Source: Arcobacteraceae bacterium (GTDB taxonomy: Bacteria > Campylobacterota > Campylobacteria > Campylobacterales > Arcobacteraceae). Taken from it: a stretch of 64,000 nucleotides of DNA. The notes beneath the pieces were generated by a model that ran no database searches, was not told where the DNA came from, and was given only the letters and a program-made list of their open reading frames with translations. The stretch spans positions 1,150,063 through 1,214,062 of the forward strand of contig CAXXWH010000002.1 in assembly GCA_963678145.2 (NCBI GenBank). The letters run 5' to 3'. How positions within the stretch are numbered: the stretch's first letter is position 1; the number at the start of each line of letters is the position of its first letter. The position numbers were made by a program, and so were the translations under genes. This document shows, in pieces, positions 35,683 to 45,188 of this stretch.

Positions 35683-36963
35683 TTAAAACTCCTCGCTTAA
35701 TTTTTCTTTTTTGTCTTTAAATAACTTGTCTACAGCCGTTTCAAATCTTTTTAAACCTTCATTTAGGGTTTCCTCGTCGATAATAAGAGGCGGCAGGAAT
35801 TTAACTACCTGTCCGTCGCTACCGCAGGTTTCAATAATAAGGTTCTCTTTAAATGCATATTCCGAGATTTCGCCCGCTATTGTTTTGTCGTCTTTGATCT
35901 CAAACCCGTATGCAAGTCCTCTACCTCTTACTTCAATAGTATAAGTATCGGCATGCTTTTTTGCGATTTTTTCCAAAGTCTCTTTTAATACCTTCTCTTT
36001 GTACTTAACAGCATTGCTAAGGTCATCATTCTGCCAATAGTTTTCTAGACTTACTTTTGAAGCTACGAATGCAAGATTGTTACCTCTGAATGTTCCCGTA
36101 TGCTCACCCGGTTTCCATTGGTCAAGATCAGGCTTGAACAATAATATCGCCATAGGAAGACCCCCTCCTATTGATTTTGAAAGTGTTACCATATCAGGAT
36201 TGATCCCTGCAAACTCGAATGAGAAAAACTCACCGCTTCTACCGTTACCAACCTGGATATCATCTATGATCAATAAGATATCGTACTCTCTACAAATAGA
36301 TTCTAACTCTTGAAGCCATTTTGCACTTGATACATTTATACCACCCTCACCCTGGATAGTTTCAACGATAACCGCTGCAGGAATATCAACACCGCTGCTT
36401 CCGTCATCTAAGAATTTTCTGAAATACTCTAAAGTGTTCCAGTCACCGAAATAACCGTCAAACGGCATAAATGTAGCGTTACATCTGCTGATGTAGCTTT
36501 CATCCCTGTATTCGTTGTTACCCGTTACTGCAAGTGATCCTTGAGATAAACCGTGGTAACCGTTTGTAAATGAAACAACATTTGATCTTCCTTTTACAAG
36601 TCTTGCAAGTTTTAAAGCCGTTTCAACTGCATTGGTTCCTGTAGGCCCTGTGAACTGTATCTTGTATTCAAGGTTTCTTGGTTTTAAAATAAGGTTTTCA
36701 AAAGTTTGAAGGAACTCTTTTTTTGCAGTGGTAGCCATATCAAGACCGTGAACAACACCGTCACTTTTTAAATACTCGATCAATGCTTCACTTATAGCTT
36801 CATTATTGTGACCGTAGTTAAGTGTCCCCGCACCTGCAAAGAAATCGATATATTCAACATCCTGTTCATCTGTTAATATTGCACCTTTTGCTTTTGTAAA
36901 AATCGTAGGGAAGCTTCTTATATAACCCCTAACTTCCGATTCTAAGTTCTCAAATATTCTCAT
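35683..36963 (-). CDS. ectB: Diaminobutyrate--2-oxoglutarate transaminase
   Basis: 426 aa class-III aminotransferase with N-terminus FENLESEVRGYIRSFP and the PLP-Lys region (TLSKSIGGGLP). Confidence 0.95.
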   Translation of the reverse strand: MRIFENLESEVRGYIRSFPTIFTKAKGAILTDEQDVEYIDFFAGAGTLNYGHNNEAISEALIEYLKSDGVVHGLDMATTAKKEFLQTFENLILKPRNLEYKIQFTGPTGTNAVETALKLARLVKGRSNVVSFTNGYHGLSQGSLAVTGNNEYRDESYISRCNATFMPFDGYFGDWNTLEYFRKFLDDGSSGVDIPAAVIVETIQGEGGINVSSAKWLQELESICREYDILLIIDDIQVGNGRSGEFFSFEFAGINPDMVTLSKSIGGGLPMAILLFKPDLDQWKPGEHTGTFRGNNLAFVASKVSLENYWQNDDLSNAVKYKEKVLKETLEKIAKKHADTYTIEVRGRGLAYGFEIKDDKTIAGEISEYAFKENLIIETCGSDGQVVKFLPPLIIDEETLNEGLKRFETAVDKLFKDKKEKLSEEF

Positions 36964-37454
36964 TTATTTTCCTTTTTTAATTTTATTTCATACAATACTT
37001 CATCTTCATGGGCATTGTTAAAGTCGCTTACTTCAAACATTGTTTCACTTGATATCTCACCCTCAATGTTTTGGGTAAGTTTTTCAAATAATCTTTGTGA
37101 AGATTTGTTGCTTGGGCTGATTGTAGTATGGATCTTTGTGATATCAGCCATGTTTTTTCTGGACAGGATCTCGTTGATCAGCCTTTGGGCTATCCCTTTT
37201 CCTCTGAAGTTTTCATCGACGGCTACCTGCCATACAAAAAAAACATCGTTTAATGTAGGATGAATATACCCCGAAACGAAACCTATGATCTTTTCATTTT
37301 CAACTGCTACACCGCAGCAATCTTTGAAATGGGTAGACTGCAGTAAATAAAGATATTCAGAATTTACATCTAAAATCTTTGTACTTTTTACAAGATTATA
37401 GATATGTTTCGCATCATTTTTATTTGGTTTTCGTAATATTATGTCAAAAGACAT
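36960..37454 (-). CDS. ectA: L-2,4-diaminobutyric acid acetyltransferase
   Basis: 164 aa GNAT (QVAVDENFRGKGIAQRL). First gene of ectABC order with an AAGGAG RBS. Overlaps ectB by 4 nt. Confidence 0.9.
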   Translation of the reverse strand: MSFDIILRKPNKNDAKHIYNLVKSTKILDVNSEYLYLLQSTHFKDCCGVAVENEKIIGFVSGYIHPTLNDVFFVWQVAVDENFRGKGIAQRLINEILSRKNMADITKIHTTISPSNKSSQRLFEKLTQNIEGEISSETMFEVSDFNNAHEDEVLYEIKLKKENK

Positions 37455-37464
37455 TAATCTCCTT

Positions 37465-37524
37465 TTACATTTTTATGTAATATTTTTACATCATTAATGT
37501 AAAATATTTACATATTTCATGTAC
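37465..37524. promoter_or_regulatory. Three phased palindromic operator-like sites TTACAT-N4/5-ATGTA(A/C) upstream of ectA
   Basis: IR1 37465-37480 (TTACAT TTTT ATGTAA). IR2 37486-37502 (TTACAT CATTA ATGTAA). IR3 37508-37524 (TTACAT ATTTC ATGTAC). Start-to-start spacing is 21-22 bp. IR1 begins 11 nt from the ectA ATG, abutting the RBS. Confidence 0.6.
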
Positions 37525-37693
37525 AATATAACAGACTTATCTTAATATAAAGTTAATGATATTGGTTAAATTACACTAAAATATGTATTATTAAATACAA
37601 ATATTAATCTATTTAATATCATTATATGTGTTTATAAATTTCCTATTTTTAGAAAAAAATAAATTAAAAAACGAATTTTAAACATTGCGGGGG

Positions 37694-37699
37694 TATAAT
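37694..37699 (+). promoter_or_regulatory. Candidate -10 box (TATAAT) for the divergent MerR-family gene
   Basis: Perfect TATAAT 32 nt upstream of the TTG start, with an AAGGA RBS at 37722-37726. Confidence 0.45.
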
Positions 37700-37730
37700 T
37701 GCGTTTAATAAAACAAACTAAAGGACTACA

Positions 37731-38075
37731 TTGGCTTTATTAGATAATGAAAAAGATATTTTACCGTTAAGTTCAATCGCAGAATTGTTAACTGCAAAGA
37801 TTAGAACCCTTAAAATGTACGAAGATAAAGGGCTTCTCCCAAAGAAAAGCGAAGTATCGTCAAAGAAACTTTACTCCATAAATGATGTTAAGCTTATAGC
37901 GTTCACCCATTACCTGGCAAGTGTAAAAAAAATAAACGCAAACGGGATAAAATATATTCTGGAAATGCTTGAAAATAATATGGATGAAAAGAACCGTTAT
38001 GAATTCCTTGATATTGTTGAAGAAAAGATGGAAAAACTTTCAGGAATTGATGTAAAAGATGTAGAGGTTATCTAA
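37731..38075 (+). CDS. MerR-family transcriptional regulator (short, 114 aa)
   Basis: N-terminal MerR-type HTH pattern (LSSIAELLTAKIRTLKMYEDKGLLPKK....KKLYSINDVKLIAF). TTG start. Divergent from ectA. Confidence 0.75.
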   Translation: MALLDNEKDILPLSSIAELLTAKIRTLKMYEDKGLLPKKSEVSSKKLYSINDVKLIAFTHYLASVKKINANGIKYILEMLENNMDEKNRYEFLDIVEEKMEKLSGIDVKDVEVI

Positions 38076-38261
38076 TTTTTTACAATTTTATAGTATAAAT
38101 GTAACTATTTGTAAAGACTTTGTAAAGAAATACTCAAAGCCTTGATTAAATCTTTTATAAATAACAATAAATCTCTATAATAATACTAAGAAGCTGTCCG
38201 ACATCTCTTTTAAAATTGTCATGTCAAATGGCGGGCAGCTCTTTTCTTATCTCTTAGAACC

Positions 38262-40490
38262 CTAAAATCTTTTTTCGTTAACGACACGCTCGATCTCTTT
38301 TGAGATATTATCCATTTCTACTGCCGCTTTATTGGCCTGCGTTGCAATACTGGCATTCTGCTGTGTCTGGTGATCAAGTGACGTGATGGCGTCATTTATC
38401 TGTATAATACTGTTCTGCTGCTGCTTACTGGATGTCTCAACATCTTTTATAAGTTTCATGGTACTGTTTATCTTCTCGATAAGTTTATTATACCCCTCTA
38501 TCATATCGTCAGATATTGTTTTACCCTCATTGGCTTTATCCGCAGCATTTTGAACAAGTGTTTTTATTTCATTTGCTGCTTCTGCTGATCTGCTTGCCAG
38601 GTTTCTAACCTCCTGAGCAACAACTGCGAACCCTTTACCCGCTTCCCCTGCAGTCGCGGCTTCAACAGCAGCATTAAGAGAAAGGATGTTTGTCTGGAAG
38701 GCGATCTGGTCAATCACGGTAATCGCTTCATTGATCGCGGAAACCTCATTATTTATATTATCCATTGAAGAAGTTGTTTTCTGGGCCAAATGCTGCCCCT
38801 CGGAAGAGACCTGTATCAGCTCGGAAGAGAATCCGGACATAATATTTATATTCTCGGTGCTTTTCTTGATATTGTTTGTTATCTCGTCAACAGCAGCCGA
38901 CGTTTCTTCCAAAGATGTCGCTGCATGGTTAGAGTTTTTGCTTAAGGTGTCGACATTTTCAAGCAGTACTGAAGAGTTGTTCTTTAATATCTCCCCCTGG
39001 TTTCTGTTTTCGGTTAACATTGAGACTATAGAATCCCTTAGGGCATTGATACCCTCTATTAACTCTTTGTATTCGCCTGAAATTTTATTGTTCATGGGAA
39101 TAGAACTGCTGTAATCGTATTTTGCATATTGTCCCAATACTCTTAATATATCCCGGAAAAGCTCCTGCTGTACGTCCATTGTCTCATTTACTATGTTTAC
39201 GAAGGTCTGCACCTGCGGTGTAGAAGCCGGATTCTGGATCCTGTACGACAACCCGCCTGTCTGCATTTTGTTAAGGGTCAAGATAGTTTCCCCCGCACAC
39301 AACATATCAAGCTCTGTTGACTCGTTTACTATTTTAACGTTTTCGTTGACCATATCCGCAAGGCGGCAGAATTCATCCGTTCCTTTCAGGCTTATTGGTT
39401 CAAACTCGTTATTCTTTCTTTCAAGATAACTTACAAATCCCAAAATACCGCCGTAAATCTTTTGGGTAGAACTGGTAACATTATAATAGATAAAGTGTGC
39501 AATGGCATTGGTTAAGATAACAAGCAGTATCAATCCTGCCGTTAGTGTATAAAAAACAGTATTTTTTTCATCAAGAAGAATAGATGTTTTTTCCAAAATA
39601 GTTCCGGATATGGCATCATCGACCTTTTTCAGAAGCTCTATTTTTTTTGTGATCACATCAAACCAGTAAGTGGGTTCGGCACTAAGGGTATTGGCAAGTA
39701 TCTCAGCTTCTATCCTTTTTACCTCTTGTATCGCCGAGCCTTTTACCGTGTTTTTATAAATATCTATAAACTTATTATCGGCCAGGGTAATAAACTCCTT
39801 CATATATGTATCCTGCACCACTTTTAACAAATGAAATTTATGGTGAAGACTAAGATCTTTGCTTGCAAGCATATTTGACCCTACTGCCCTTTGAATTCCC
39901 GCTCTTTCCTTACTCATAAGGAAATTGTAATAAGCAAGAATATCTCTTGATATCTCTTTCTCCTGAATATTTTTTATCGCCTGGGGAATTATACCTAAAA
40001 GCTTGCCGTTAATGGAAGTGTAATACCCAAGAGCGTCTTTAAGTTCTATGTTCAAACTGCTTACGTTTTTTCTCGTGGAAGAGAGTTTTTTGAATCTTGA
40101 AAGTACATCATCTATTACGGGAACTATCTCTTTATCGATATCCCCCTTCTGCATTTCAGACACCAGTGAAGTAAACTCTTCAAGCCTTTTATTCGTAAGT
40201 TCTCTTTGGGAAGAGAGCTTGTTTGCGAATTTTTTCCCTTTGCTTCCAAGATATCCGGCACTCATACCTCTTTCTTTCTGGGTTTCATGGATCAGAAGCG
40301 ATATACTTGATGAAAGCATCATTGTATTGTTGAGCTTTTGATATTCTTCTTTCTTTTCATAATTCTCGTAAATGTAAAAAGTGGATAACAATACCATCAA
40401 GGACATGGGTATAACGATCAGCAATACAAGTTTAATTCGGATGTTTAGATTATTTACAAACGGAAGATTATATTTAAGCGGATTTATCAT
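38262..40490 (-). CDS. Methyl-accepting chemotaxis protein with periplasmic NIT (nitrate/nitrite-sensing-type) domain
   Basis: 742 aa. TM1, a NIT-like region ([23 protein letters not shown]...), TM2, and an MCP signalling domain with the conserved tip ([37 protein letters not shown]). Confidence 0.9.
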   Translation of the reverse strand: MINPLKYNLPFVNNLNIRIKLVLLIVIPMSLMVLLSTFYIYENYEKKEEYQKLNNTMMLSSSISLLIHETQKERGMSAGYLGSKGKKFANKLSSQRELTNKRLEEFTSLVSEMQKGDIDKEIVPVIDDVLSRFKKLSSTRKNVSSLNIELKDALGYYTSINGKLLGIIPQAIKNIQEKEISRDILAYYNFLMSKERAGIQRAVGSNMLASKDLSLHHKFHLLKVVQDTYMKEFITLADNKFIDIYKNTVKGSAIQEVKRIEAEILANTLSAEPTYWFDVITKKIELLKKVDDAISGTILEKTSILLDEKNTVFYTLTAGLILLVILTNAIAHFIYYNVTSSTQKIYGGILGFVSYLERKNNEFEPISLKGTDEFCRLADMVNENVKIVNESTELDMLCAGETILTLNKMQTGGLSYRIQNPASTPQVQTFVNIVNETMDVQQELFRDILRVLGQYAKYDYSSSIPMNNKISGEYKELIEGINALRDSIVSMLTENRNQGEILKNNSSVLLENVDTLSKNSNHAATSLEETSAAVDEITNNIKKSTENINIMSGFSSELIQVSSEGQHLAQKTTSSMDNINNEVSAINEAITVIDQIAFQTNILSLNAAVEAATAGEAGKGFAVVAQEVRNLASRSAEAANEIKTLVQNAADKANEGKTISDDMIEGYNKLIEKINSTMKLIKDVETSSKQQQNSIIQINDAITSLDHQTQQNASIATQANKAAVEMDNISKEIERVVNEKRF
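38561..38711 (-). repeat. Inverted-repeat copy 1 (MCP signalling-tip coding segment)
   Basis: About 150 nt, roughly 90 percent identical by eye to 47859-48009 on the opposite strand, including a 27-nt perfect run (caggaggttagaaacctggcaagcaga). Confidence 0.7.
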
Positions 40491-40494
40491 GATA

Positions 40495-40896
40495 CTACTC
40501 CTCCTCTTTCATTTGAGTATAGAGTTTTTCATACTTCTCTATCTCTTTTCGGGAAGCTTTTCTTCTGCAGGAAATATAACCTTTTGAACCGTCCGAAGAA
40601 CTATAGGGAAATACTGTTGCAAAGACCCAGTAGAATTTGCCGCTTTTTGTTTTGTTCTTGACAAAACCTCTCCATCTTTGCCCTTTTTTCACCGTACTCC
40701 AGAGATCTGCAAAAGCGGCTTTTGGCATATCGGGATGTCTTACGATATTATGGGGATTGCCCACAAGCTCATCCAGCTCATACTCTGCATAACGGCAGAA
40801 GTCGTCATTTGCAAATTTGATTATACCTTTTTCGTCAGTTTCGGAGACCAGGAAAGATTTATCATCCAAGATCAGTTCATTTTGTATAATTTCCAT
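40495..40896 (-). CDS. Aer-like FAD-type PAS domain protein (stand-alone, CetB-like)
   Basis: 133 aa. [45 protein letters not shown] closely matches the Aer PAS-FAD region. The stop is 4 nt before the MCP ATG, with a GGAGGAG RBS inside its 3' end. Confidence 0.85.
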   Translation of the reverse strand: MEIIQNELILDDKSFLVSETDEKGIIKFANDDFCRYAEYELDELVGNPHNIVRHPDMPKAAFADLWSTVKKGQRWRGFVKNKTKSGKFYWVFATVFPYSSSDGSKGYISCRRKASRKEIEKYEKLYTQMKEEE

Positions 40897-40968
40897 ACGA
40901 TATACCCTCCAGCTTGCGGTTAATTGTATATTATATGATTTATTGCTTAAAAATATAATAAAAAATTA

Positions 40969-42567
40969 TTAGATTATTATATTTAAAACCTCTTTGGTGC
41001 TTATGTTGTTTTCAACAATTATATTAGTGATCCCAAGCTCCGATATATACTCTTTTTCAGTATTGGTATGCACTTTTACTATAATCCTCTCTGTTGATAT
41101 ATATTTTTTAAGTATATGACAGATATGGTGCAGTTTTTTCGGGTTGTCTACAGCTACTACTATATTTCTGGCCATATTTACATTTGTATGTTTAAGTATC
41201 TCTTTTTTAAGCGCGTTACCGAATATCACCGGTTCATTCAGGTCTTTTACTTTTTTAAATGTTTCAAGATTATTTTCAACCGCTATGTAGGGCAGGTATT
41301 CGCTCTTAAGAACTTTTGCGACATTTTGCCCGAACTCCCCGAAACCTATAATAATAGTATGATCGGAATAATCATCTGTTTCGGTATTTTTCTCAAAACC
41401 GTCTTCATCAACTTCTTTTATAAATTTACCTGCAATACCTGAAAGATTTTTCAAAATAACAGGAGTTGCAATCATAGAAATAACGATCGTTACGATCATC
41501 ACCTGCCCGTAAGGAGGACCTATAAGATCATTTGATCTTGCAAGCTCCAAAAGCGCAAGGGAAAATTCCCCTATCTGCACAAGGCTCAGTGCAGTTTTCA
41601 AGGATGTTTTCCTGTTCTCGTCCATTTTTATTATCGCATATATTATAGTAAATTTCACAACCATAACTGCAGCTAAAAGCATAATTATTATATGTATATA
41701 CTCAAATATAATACTAAAATCTATCTGCATTCCCACCGTTATGAAGAATATACCAAGCAGCAGGTCCCTAAACGGGATAAGATCCGCTTCTACCTGATGT
41801 TTGTATTTTGTCTCGGCTATAAGCATACCTGCTATAAAAGCCCCTAAAGAGTAAGAGAACCCCAGTATATGTGCTAAGTATGAAGCACCTATTGCCAAAA
41901 ACAGTATCGTACCTATAAAAAGTTCATCGGAATCTGTTTTTATGATCTGGTTGAAAAAAGGCTCAAGAAGATACTTGCCGAATACCCACAGCAGCGCAAG
42001 CAGAACTGCCGCACTTATGAACATCTCAAAAAGAACTGCAGAGATATCCTGAGTATCCTGATTACTCATAAAACCTATTATAAGCAGAATAGGGATTACC
42101 GCTATATCCTGCATTATCAAAATACCAAGACTTCTTTGCCCGTACCTCCTGCTTATCTCCCCTGTTTCATTAAATGTTTTAAGCACGATGGCAGTTGATG
42201 AAAGGGCAATGGCAAGGGAGATTATAAAAGAAACCTGCTGCTGTATACCAAAGATATAGTATGCCATAAGATATACAGTAAGAGAGGTTAATCCTATCTG
42301 CAATGCACCTGCCACGAATACCTCGTATTTCATCTTTTTCAGATGAGCCAAAGAGAACTCAAGACCGATAGTGAACATCAAAAATACCACACCAAACTCT
42401 GCGATCTCTTTAAGTTCATGGTTATGAACCATATCGTGAAGCCCGAAACCGTAAGCTATTACGGTACCGGTTACTATATACCCTATTATTGTAGGTAGGT
42501 GAAACTTTTTTAATACAATATTAATAACAAGGGATAAAAAAAGCGTGGTAACAATGATTGTCAACAT
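40969..42567 (-). CDS. CPA2-family cation:proton antiporter with C-terminal TrkA-N/RCK domain (Kef-type)
   Basis: 532 aa with a polytopic N-terminal Na_H_Exchanger-like domain, then a Rossmann motif (IIIGFGEFGQNVAKVL). Confidence 0.85.
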   Translation of the reverse strand: MLTIIVTTLFLSLVINIVLKKFHLPTIIGYIVTGTVIAYGFGLHDMVHNHELKEIAEFGVVFLMFTIGLEFSLAHLKKMKYEVFVAGALQIGLTSLTVYLMAYYIFGIQQQVSFIISLAIALSSTAIVLKTFNETGEISRRYGQRSLGILIMQDIAVIPILLIIGFMSNQDTQDISAVLFEMFISAAVLLALLWVFGKYLLEPFFNQIIKTDSDELFIGTILFLAIGASYLAHILGFSYSLGAFIAGMLIAETKYKHQVEADLIPFRDLLLGIFFITVGMQIDFSIIFEYIHIIIMLLAAVMVVKFTIIYAIIKMDENRKTSLKTALSLVQIGEFSLALLELARSNDLIGPPYGQVMIVTIVISMIATPVILKNLSGIAGKFIKEVDEDGFEKNTETDDYSDHTIIIGFGEFGQNVAKVLKSEYLPYIAVENNLETFKKVKDLNEPVIFGNALKKEILKHTNVNMARNIVVAVDNPKKLHHICHILKKYISTERIIVKVHTNTEKEYISELGITNIIVENNISTKEVLNIII

Positions 42568-42571
42568 CTAT

Positions 42572-43861
42572 TTAAGCTTTCTTCTTGCTAACTCTGTTTA
42601 TAAGCATCACACCTATCGTGGCTGCAACAAACGAAGCTATGAATATCCCAAGTTTAACCGCACTGATAAGACTCTCTTCCATAAAGGCTAGGTGGGTTAT
42701 GAATATGGACATCGTAAAACCTATACCGCCTATGAAACCGACTGCGATTATCTCTTCCCAGCTAAGGTTGTCAGGCTTGTGGATAAGCTTCATTTTCGTA
42801 GCAAAATAGGTGAATCCGAATATCCCGATAGGTTTCCCCAGTACCAGACCGAATACAACCCCAAGTACCACCATAAGGTGCTGTGAAACGGAACTGAAAT
42901 CTATTACAACCCCCGCATTGGCAAAGGCAAACAGCGGCATAATGAAAAATGCACTGAATCCGTGCAGCTGGTGTTCCAGTTTTACAAGTGGATTTTGAAC
43001 CTTGTCGTAACCGTATGCTATATTCTCCAGAGCATCTATCTGGTGATGGTTAAGGATCGGAACCTCGTCTATATTCTTTTCAAACTCCTCCACCGCTTTT
43101 TTACTGTTTTGGATAAAATCTTTCTCCTCTATCTTTGAACTGATAGGAATCGCAAAAGCAAGCAGTACACCGGCTATAGTGGCATGAATACCTATTGCAT
43201 GGATATATACCCATAAGAATATCCCGAGGATCAGATAAGGCCAAAGTGATTTAACCCCTTTTAGGTTCAATATCCAGATAAGGGCATAGATCAAGATCGC
43301 ATGGAGGAAATATGCAGTATGTATTTCATTTGTATAAACAGTTGCAACCACTAATACCGCACCAAGGTCGTCAACCACCGCCAGTGCCACAAGGAAAAGT
43401 TTCAATGCCGGATTTACCTTGTTCCCAAGAAGAAGCAAAATACCAAGGGCAAATGCTATATCCGTAGCCATAGGGATACCGAATCCGATAGGATCTTCAG
43501 TATTAAGCCCTACATAGATCAATGCAGGGACCACCATTCCCCCTACTGCAGCAAAAACAGGGAATGATGCCTTTTTTACCGATGAAAGTTCACCTATTAA
43601 CATTTCCCTTTTTATCTCTAATCCCACCATTAAGAAGAACAGGGCCATCAAGCCGTCGTTTATCCACATGGTAAGGCTCATGGATATATCATGGGAGCCG
43701 AACGTTATTCCAAGAGGCATACTCCATAAATCATAATACTCCTGCGAAAATGAAGAGTTTGCAACCACTACTGCTAAAATAGTAGCACTGAAAAGTAAGA
43801 AACCACTGAATGCTTCCTTACTTATAAAATCTTGAAAGGTCTCAATATACCTTGACATCAA
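42572..43861 (-). CDS. nhaA: Na+/H+ antiporter NhaA
   Basis: 429 aa with NhaA-typical sequence, including the VVDDLGAV (DD) motif and the N-terminus FISKEAFSGFLLF. Confidence 0.95.
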   Translation of the reverse strand: MMSRYIETFQDFISKEAFSGFLLFSATILAVVVANSSFSQEYYDLWSMPLGITFGSHDISMSLTMWINDGLMALFFLMVGLEIKREMLIGELSSVKKASFPVFAAVGGMVVPALIYVGLNTEDPIGFGIPMATDIAFALGILLLLGNKVNPALKLFLVALAVVDDLGAVLVVATVYTNEIHTAYFLHAILIYALIWILNLKGVKSLWPYLILGIFLWVYIHAIGIHATIAGVLLAFAIPISSKIEEKDFIQNSKKAVEEFEKNIDEVPILNHHQIDALENIAYGYDKVQNPLVKLEHQLHGFSAFFIMPLFAFANAGVVIDFSSVSQHLMVVLGVVFGLVLGKPIGIFGFTYFATKMKLIHKPDNLSWEEIIAVGFIGGIGFTMSIFITHLAFMEESLISAVKLGIFIASFVAATIGVMLINRVSKKKA

Positions 43862-43983
43862 TATTTCCTTTTTATTATTAATTGTGATATCTTATTAAAA
43901 ATAATTTAAAAGAACATTAATAAACGATATTATATTTATTGAAGAAATGTTACAATACAAAAAGATGACAAAAAAGGATTTAG

Positions 43984-45168
43984 ATGGAGATCGTTTTAAT
44001 AATTATCTTGACACTCGCCCTTATATTTATACTTATAAAAAACATTAAACTGAAAAAAGAACTTCTAAGCGGTGATCTGCATATGTTCAAAGAAGCCATG
44101 GAGAACATAAATGTAGGAATAACAATCTTAGACCATAAAAACGACAATAAAATAATATATGCAAACAATACCTTTGAAAAGATCTCAGGCTACAAAGAGA
44201 GAAAGATTCTTGGTAAAACCCTGAAGTTCCTCCTTAGCAACGATACCAGGCAGTTGAACCTGCAGCATATAAAAGAAGCATTGGAGGAAGGATACAGAAT
44301 ACAGGAGATAATAAGAAACTATAAGCATGACGGCACAATGTTTTACAATCAGGTAACTGTCACTCCCACTTTTAACTCAAAAGGCGACACCGTAAACTTT
44401 ATAGTTACCCATTTTGATATCACGAAACAAAAACAAAGGGAAAAACAGCTTGAACAACATGCAAAGCTCGCATCAATAGGTGAAATGATAGGGAATATCG
44501 CCCACCAGTGGAGGCAGCCTTTATCCCAGATATCCTCATCCGCGACCGCGATCATCGCAAAAGAGGAGTATGAAGAGTTAAGCAGTGAGTTTCTTGAAAA
44601 CAACTGTAACCTTATAAATGAGAATGCCCTGTACCTTTCACAGACCCTGGACAGTTTTAAGAACTTTATTGACGGTGATACAAAACCTATAAGATTCGAT
44701 CTGAAAAATGATACGAACAGTTTTGTTAATATTGTTGACTCCTCGATCAGGGCCTATCACCTTAGAATAATCCTTGACCTTGAAGAGGACGTAAAAGTAA
44801 AAGGTTACCCCAATGAACTGATACAGTGTTTTATCAATATATTCAACAATGCAAAAGACGCACTGGTTGAAAACAACGACAAGGACAACAGATATATTTT
44901 TATTACCCAGAGAATACGAAATAACAAAATAATAATAAACTTTAAAGATAATGCAGGCGGAATCAACCAGGATATAATACAGAAGGTTTTCGAGCCCTAC
45001 TTTACCACAAAGCAGGAGTCACAGGGTACGGGCCTCGGGCTTCATATGACTTACAACCTTATAGTAAATCATATGGGAGGCTCCATTGAAGTAAAAAACA
45101 AAGAATACGGCTTTAACGACCATGTGTTCAAAGGGGCTTCTTTTACAATTACCCTTCCTTTGGATTAA
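43984..45168 (+). CDS. PAS-domain sensor histidine kinase
   Basis: 394 aa with an N-terminal TM helix, PAS (GITILDHKNDNKIIYANNTFEKISGYKERKILGK), H-box GNIAHQWRQPLS and G-box SQGTGLGLHMT. Confidence 0.85.
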   Translation: MEIVLIIILTLALIFILIKNIKLKKELLSGDLHMFKEAMENINVGITILDHKNDNKIIYANNTFEKISGYKERKILGKTLKFLLSNDTRQLNLQHIKEALEEGYRIQEIIRNYKHDGTMFYNQVTVTPTFNSKGDTVNFIVTHFDITKQKQREKQLEQHAKLASIGEMIGNIAHQWRQPLSQISSSATAIIAKEEYEELSSEFLENNCNLINENALYLSQTLDSFKNFIDGDTKPIRFDLKNDTNSFVNIVDSSIRAYHLRIILDLEEDVKVKGYPNELIQCFINIFNNAKDALVENNDKDNRYIFITQRIRNNKIIINFKDNAGGINQDIIQKVFEPYFTTKQESQGTGLGLHMTYNLIVNHMGGSIEVKNKEYGFNDHVFKGASFTITLPLD

Positions 45169-45188
45169 CCTCTGTTTTGTAAAATATT

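Noticed and set aside
38686-39114. 142-aa plus-strand ORF, and the similar 151-aa minus-strand ORF at 47579-48034, opposite the MCP signalling domains
   Set aside because: They are antisense to the heptad-repeat coding regions of the MCPs, where Ala/Ser/Glu codon periodicity keeps the reverse frame open. The translations are low complexity with no start context.
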